Source: Macrostomum hystrix (lineage: Eukaryota > Animalia > Platyhelminthes). Taken from it: a DNA stretch of 64,000 nt. The position numbers were made by a program, and so were the translations under genes. Position 1 is the stretch's first letter. Each line of letters starts with the position of its first letter. The DNA lies in the NCBI GenBank assembly GCA_950097015.1, contig CATNEN010000001.1, forward strand, positions 8,804,001 through 8,868,000, in the 5' to 3' direction. The notes beneath the pieces are model-generated. The model ran no database searches. It worked only from the letters and a program-made list of their open reading frames with translations, and was not told the DNA's origin. Shown here one piece after another: positions 58,302 through 64,000 of the stretch.

Positions 58302-60996
58302 CAGTGGTTCTCAACCTGTGGGTCGCGACCCCCAGTGGGGTCGCGTGATCATTTTCTGGGGGTCGCAGCAATAAGAAAAATTATTAAAAAATGTATTTTT
58401 TATTGGGGAAGAACTCTTTAGAGATATTAAAAGTAAAAATATATAGTAAAAGTAAAATGAAGTCAAGGGCTGTTAGCTACATTGCAAAGGCTAGTACTAG
58501 CGGCCTAGCACGTAACTTGAAGTCGCAACACAAAATACGCACGCAGTCGCAAGCTAAGCCTCTTCTGCTAGATATGGGCTGAGTCACACAACACCACACT
58601 ACAAGCAAAACAAACTTTTCTTCTCTGTCTCCCTTCTACCTTACCCCAACAAGTTTAACACGAACAATCGCAACTCCTAACCCAGAGGAGGAACTCCTCT
58701 CAGCAACCCACCCCCACATTCAAACGCATTCCCATTCCTTTTGGCTTAGCCTTAGCTGATTGGAGGCACTAGAAAGATTAGGGAAAGGATAGACGGAACA
58801 AAACATCTGAGTCATAGCCAAGTCTAGGGAAGGCAAACTGGGATCCTCATATATAATGTCTCTGCTGGGAGAAATACAAGTATAAGACTGATAAAGTGAA
58901 TTTACAGACTAACTACAGAGAGGCATCTGCTTAGATATTCAATCTCATTTGTTGTTAATGGCATCGTCTGCAAACTCGCGTAAGCGCAGTTATAATGAAG
59001 CATTTCTTGAGTTAGGTTTCACAACTGCGAATGAAAAACCACAATGTGTTATCTGCGAAGTCACATTGTCAAAGGAGTCAATGAAACCAAACAAACTCAA
59101 GCGCCATCTGCAAACCCAGCACCCTGAAGTTGCGACTAAGCCACGCGAGTACTTTATGGAAAAGCTAAAGGCGTTGGACAGGAAGAAAGGCTGCATGAAG
59201 ACGGTTTTGGCTAGCAACGAGGCTGCCGTGAGAGCTTCGTATGTTGCTGCTCTTCACATTGCCAGGAAGATGAAGCCGCACACAATTGGCGAAGAGCTTC
59301 TGCTTCCGATGATGAAAGAAGTCGTTGGCATCATGTGCGGAGAGAAGGAAGCCAAAAAGTTAGACTCGCTATCCATGTCCAATGACACTGTGAGACGTCG
59401 TATCCACGACATGTCCGATGACATCCTATCTCAAATCGTGAAGAAGGTAAGAGAATCACCATTCTTTGCCATTCAATTGGACGAATCAACAGACATCGCT
59501 AACCAAGCACAGTTGTTGGTGTATGTTCGCTACCTTCATGGCAAAGGCTTTGAGGAAACTTTTCTCTGTTGCAAATATTTGCCCGGTCACGTTCGTCGAG
59601 AAGACATCTTCAAAGTCATAAACGAATTCATGCAGTCAAATTCCATCAGCTGGTCGCACTGTACCGCAGTGTGCACAGATGGAGCGGCAGCGTGCACAGG
59701 AAAAAACAGTGGTGCTGTGAAACGCATCCAAGATGTCGCGCCTGACGCTAGCTGGACACATTGCTTCATCCATCGTGAAGCACTGGCAGCCAAAGACTTG
59801 TCAGCTGACCTCCACGCCGTCTTGACAGACGTTGTTTCCGTGGTGAATTTCATCAAAAGTCGACCTCTGAATCATCAACTGTTCACAGCACTGTGCGAGG
59901 AAATGGGGGCTGAGCACAGTTCCCTCCTTCTCCACACCGAAGTTCGCTGGCTATCGCGTGGTCGCGTGCTCAACCGCGTTTTTGAACTGAGAGAAGAAGT
60001 TGGTCTTTTCTTGCACAACGAAGACCACAAAAAAGCACTGAACTTTAAGGACCGCTGCTGGCTGGCTAAATTGGCTTATCTGTGCGACATTTTCGGCAGG
60101 CTGAACAGCTTGAATCTGTCACTTCAAGGAGCAGAGAAGACCATTGTCGACAGCACATCTGCAATCACTGCCTTTCAGAAAAAGATAGAGCTGTGGTTGA
60201 ATGCGGCCAATCGCTTCGAGTTTGCGCCATTTCCAGTCTTTGACAGCTTCACCAAAAACGAAGAGGATCTGCGCAGAGATTTGGCGACAACCATCGTATC
60301 ACACCTTGAAAAGCTCAGGCAACAATTGATGCATTATTTCAGCGAAGCTGGGAGCAAGTACTCGAGTCAATATCCATGGATTGTGTCTCCCTTCACGACT
60401 TCTCCCGATGACACTGCCTCGCTGCCGTTTGCTTTTGCAGAGCAGCTGCTTGATTTGTCTTCCGACATCAGCCTCAAGGTGCTGTTTCCCACCATTGCTC
60501 TGGTGGAGTTTTGGTGCAGCTTGCTGCCAAAATATCCAGCTGCTGCTGCCATTGCTGTGAGGCACTTGCTCCCCTTTGCATCCACCTGGTCATGCGAGAC
60601 AGGCTTTAGTGCTCTCACAGCGCTGAAATACAAAGCCAGGAATCGTCTACATGCCGAGAGCGATCTGCGTTTGGCATTGACGAAGAAAGTCGTTCCTCAA
60701 ATCGACTTGTTGTGTGGCAAAATGCAATTTCAACCCTCTCACTGAAAAGTGCATTTGTGACACTGATCTTAAGCTGAAAACATTTACTTTTTGTTGTTGT
60801 TTGTTTGTTTGTTGTTTGTTTGTATTCTTGTTCATTGTTTTTCCTGTTTTATTTTAACTCTAAATAGCTCGTATATGATTGTGTGAGTACGTCATGTTGC
60901 ATGATATTGATTATATTACAAAAGGGGTTGCAAAGAAAAAAAATAGATGCAAGTGAATAAATTAGGGTCGCCTGGAAAAAAGGTTGAGAACCGCTG
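58302..60996 (+). mobile_element. Full-length hAT (Buster/Charlie family) DNA transposon, 2695 bp
   Basis: TIRs CAGTGGTTCTCAACCT / AGGTTGAGAACCGCTG (15/16 match); perfect TSD CTCTAGAT (58294-58301, 60997-61004) fitting nnnTAnnn; subterminal GGGTCGC repeats. Confidence 0.97.
58958..60745 (+). CDS. hAT transposase (ZBED5/SCAND3/Buster-like), 595 aa, uninterrupted
   Basis: BED finger [13 protein letters not shown]; DDE residues QLDESTD, CTDGA, SCETGFS; HCFIHREAL; EVRWLSRG; C-terminal QPSH. Confidence 0.95.
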   Translation: MASSANSRKRSYNEAFLELGFTTANEKPQCVICEVTLSKESMKPNKLKRHLQTQHPEVATKPREYFMEKLKALDRKKGCMKTVLASNEAAVRASYVAALHIARKMKPHTIGEELLLPMMKEVVGIMCGEKEAKKLDSLSMSNDTVRRRIHDMSDDILSQIVKKVRESPFFAIQLDESTDIANQAQLLVYVRYLHGKGFEETFLCCKYLPGHVRREDIFKVINEFMQSNSISWSHCTAVCTDGAAACTGKNSGAVKRIQDVAPDASWTHCFIHREALAAKDLSADLHAVLTDVVSVVNFIKSRPLNHQLFTALCEEMGAEHSSLLLHTEVRWLSRGRVLNRVFELREEVGLFLHNEDHKKALNFKDRCWLAKLAYLCDIFGRLNSLNLSLQGAEKTIVDSTSAITAFQKKIELWLNAANRFEFAPFPVFDSFTKNEEDLRRDLATTIVSHLEKLRQQLMHYFSEAGSKYSSQYPWIVSPFTTSPDDTASLPFAFAEQLLDLSSDISLKVLFPTIALVEFWCSLLPKYPAAAAIAVRHLLPFASTWSCETGFSALTALKYKARNRLHAESDLRLALTKKVVPQIDLLCGKMQFQPSH

Positions 60997-61812
60997 CTCT
61001 AGATTGCACCCTATTGGAATAAATGTCAAAAACCTGTGGATATACGATGTGACACAAAATGCTATAATAACCTAACCAACTAACTACACTTTATAAAAAA
61101 GAAAAGCTTGATGAGATTCCGGTGCAACACCCTGGCAATGCCTTGCAATGCGATGCAACACCAAAAAAGTCCAAAAATGCAATGGATGGTCAGACACTAT
61201 TTGTCAAATTATTCTAATAGGGAGTTTGCAATAAGCATATTTCTGACAGAATGTGATTTAATTATTTTTTTATAATTTGTTCTAGGTAATCTCTTGAACT
61301 ACTTTTTTTCTAAAACAATTTTTTATATTACATTACCTTTTAAGTATAATTTTGTTAAAATTCTTTCAAACAGATATGCATATGCTCGCTTAGCTGCCTA
61401 GTATGCATATAGGCCTGTTTAAAGAATCAATACAATCGTTTATTCTGTGACAATAAAAGCCATAGCAGATAACCTTAAATTTCACATATGCCCATGTGCT
61501 TTCTATAGTAGTGTTGACTGTGATTGACAAATGTATGGTTAGGAAGCACATTAGAAGTATGTCCTAGGTAATATGTACTGCTGAATTTTAGGGCAGGGAC
61601 TCTATTCCGCTGTCTAGTAATATTTCAGTAAACTTTTAAATATCATACTGATTTTATATATATTGAGTATATCCAGTTCTCTCACCCAAATGCATATTGT
61701 TGGCCAGGCTAAATATCTACTTTGTACTCAATTTCGAATCAGTGATCTGCAATTTACATGCAATATAAATACCAGTCGTTATATTTCTTGCAGCATAACT
61801 GAAGACTTAGAA

Positions 61813-63698
61813 ATGGCACTTTTAAAGAACATTCGCTTATATGAAAAGGCTGCCACAGCTACTTCGCCACACAGCCTCATCATGGAGCACAAGGGTCGCT
61901 CAGAATCCGTCTTATTTCAAAACAATCTCATAGCCACACTAAACGAAGTTGAGACTCAAAACTTATTGAAAGATTATACAAAAATATTAGATGCCTATGC
62001 TTGTCTGGGTGTTCTAGCTGTTAACACACCGAAAGATGAGACTGTGCACTTTCTTATAGTAGTCACAGCCTGCGTTTCTGTTGGCAAATTGCCAGACTTT
62101 GAGGTGCACAAGATCACCAGGGTTAGCTGCGTCAGCCTGCGCAATTGTCCAACAGATGCTCAACTGGTGTCCGAGATACAGAAGCTGTTGATGTCTGAGA
62201 TCTTTTACTTTGCTAGGACGCCTGATGATAAGCCATATGACTTGACGGTAAGATATCTATCAATGTAATGTAGAGCTGCCTTCGGTTCAATATTATCAAA
62301 TAAGTATCTGATCACGTGATCTAATGTAAAAAATTGGCGCTTGCATCGTCTTGATTGGCTAGGCCAAGATCGAATAAATATGCGAAAAAGGACTTGAAAA
62401 TTCCATGGAGTTTCTGTAAAACATTATTTTACTCGCACCTGATTGGCTGTTACTGTGCAATAAAAATATAGTAAACAAACAAACTACCGTACCAAACAGG
62501 TTTCGGTGCAAAGCGCCCACTCTGGCAAGTCTGGCGACAATCGTTTCTTTTGGAATCGCGGCCTGCACCGACTATTTGGCCAGTTCGGCGTGCCGGCTCG
62601 CGATTGGCTAGTGTACGCTATCTGCGGCGGCGTTGAAGTCAAGACTATCTATTGCGGAGAGAGACAGGTAGGGTCAATAAAGAAAAGGTATCAATAAACA
62701 AACGGTAGGGTTGCTGCCACCTTGGTCAGAAGGGTCGAAGCTGGAGACCTGGAGACAGTTTCTGTGGACACTATCCACAATGAACACTGCTGCTACTGAA
62801 TGAAGAATCGCTGAACAAATTGCTTCTTAAGCTGAATGAAATTCCAATCTAAGAGAGTCCTTCACTGAGGCCTAAATCTACATAGTTCTCTAGTTCTCGT
62901 TGTCCTGGTTGTTCCGAAGGAATCTCTGTTCTAAGTCCGAGTGAATTTATTCAAGTTCAACAGCCTGCCGCTTTCTGAGCGTTTGTCCAAACTCAGCAAT
63001 GGCGGATAGCGCTGCGCGGGTGTCTCGTATTTATAGCCGTTTTTGACCCTCCTAGCCTGCCAGCGCACGCCATTGGTCGGGGCGCAATGACGCCTTCTCA
63101 TTTGCTGCAAGGATTTTAGCAGGCGGAAAAACCGTGGGCGTGGCAAAACTGCCATGGAAAAACCATGGAAATACCTAACAATAGTTGATCCGATAAGATC
63201 CGACTCCTTAAGACTCCAAACTTACTAATTGCTAATTACGTTAGCTAACTAGTCAAAGAGTGGGGGCTAGATGCTAGCCTAGTAACTAGGGACTCACTAC
63301 TCTGTTCTAGTATAGAAGACAATTACGTAGAGCTATTGTATTATTAATGCTGTTCGCTCGCTCAGGCCAAAGCCTGTGTCATATCGCGCCTATCAGCCGA
63401 ACGGGCCGGCACCAGATTCAATGTTCGCGGCGCCAACGACGATGGCAAGGTTGCGAATTTCTGCGAAACGGAACAGATCATCTATTTGGACGACGCCGTG
63501 ACTTCTTTTCTGCAGACTCGCGGCTCCGTGCCGCTGTTCTGGGAGCAGCCCGGCTTGCAGATTGGCAGTCATCGGATTAAAATGTCGCGCGGTTTCGAAG
63601 CTAGCAGTCACGCATTCTGGCGCCATTTGAGTTTAATGAAATCTATGTACGGCAGTGTAGCTATAGTTAACCTGCTTGGCTGCAAAGAGGGTGAACAG
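61813..63698 (+). CDS. SYNJ1: Synaptojanin (SAC1 domain N-terminal part), first three coding exons; the gene continues beyond the window
   Basis: Exons 61813-62247, 62500-62667 and 63366-63698, all phase 0. Motifs [90 protein letters not shown]. Confidence 0.95.
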
Positions 63699-63808
63699 GT
63701 GAGAGATTGTAAGTTAAAAAATATTAAATGCGGTTTTTTAATTAAACTACACACAATGGCGCAGGGTGCTTTTTCCTAGTAGTTATTGTTGCTTACCATC
63801 AAGCAACA

Positions 63809-63940
63809 GCGTCGGACTCATGACTGAAGGTCGGCAGTTCGATTTTCGACTCCACGGGATCAATTCCCCTGAGGAAGAACCAAGGGGGGTATTTCAAATA
63901 CCCACGCGCCTACTTCACGATAGCTGTAAAATCTAATGAC
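63809..63940 (+). mobile_element. tRNA-derived SINE fragment, related to the 37649 copy; right boundary uncertain
   Basis: GCGTCGGACTCATGACTGAAGGTCGGCAGTTCGATT with B-box-like GTTCGA. Confidence 0.45.
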
Positions 63941-64000
63941 CCTTGCTGACCCTTGTGACTAAGACAACTAACATTGCTCTGTGTAAACCTCTATTGCGAA

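Noticed and set aside
62920-63312. Possible MITE in synaptojanin intron 2 (CTCTGTTCTA on both sides)
   Set aside because: No convincing TIRs; cannot be supported without a genome search

Overview
Eukaryotic (metazoan) genomic DNA, repeat-rich with spliced genes. The protein style and minisatellite-filled introns suggest a free-living flatworm such as Macrostomum; this is inference only. Six genes were reconstructed by hand from splice signals and reading-frame continuity. (1) Last exon of a 5-HT7-like serotonin GPCR (+, 4992-5266). (2) Complete 20-exon WDR6/Trm734 gene (-, 9761-38064, about 1189 aa), containing a U12-type intron and a probable GC-AG intron. (3) A two-exon four-TM PMP22/claudin-like gene nested antisense in WDR6 intron 1. 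(4) Intronless RBM19/Mrd1 (-) that appears to lack RRM5. (5) RING + 3xSH3 POSH/SH3RF-like E3 ligase (-). (6) First three coding exons of synaptojanin (+). Between SH3RF and synaptojanin lies a satellite-free, AT-rich TE zone. It holds a decayed MULE fragment, an internally deleted Merlin element with TIRs, and an intact Buster-type hAT transposon with SPIN-like ends and a perfect 8-bp TSD. The left ~53 kb carries about 30 different minisatellite arrays, mostly 16-38 bp units, the largest 7.45 kb. Nearly all long ORFs in the six-frame track are translations of these repeats, not genes.
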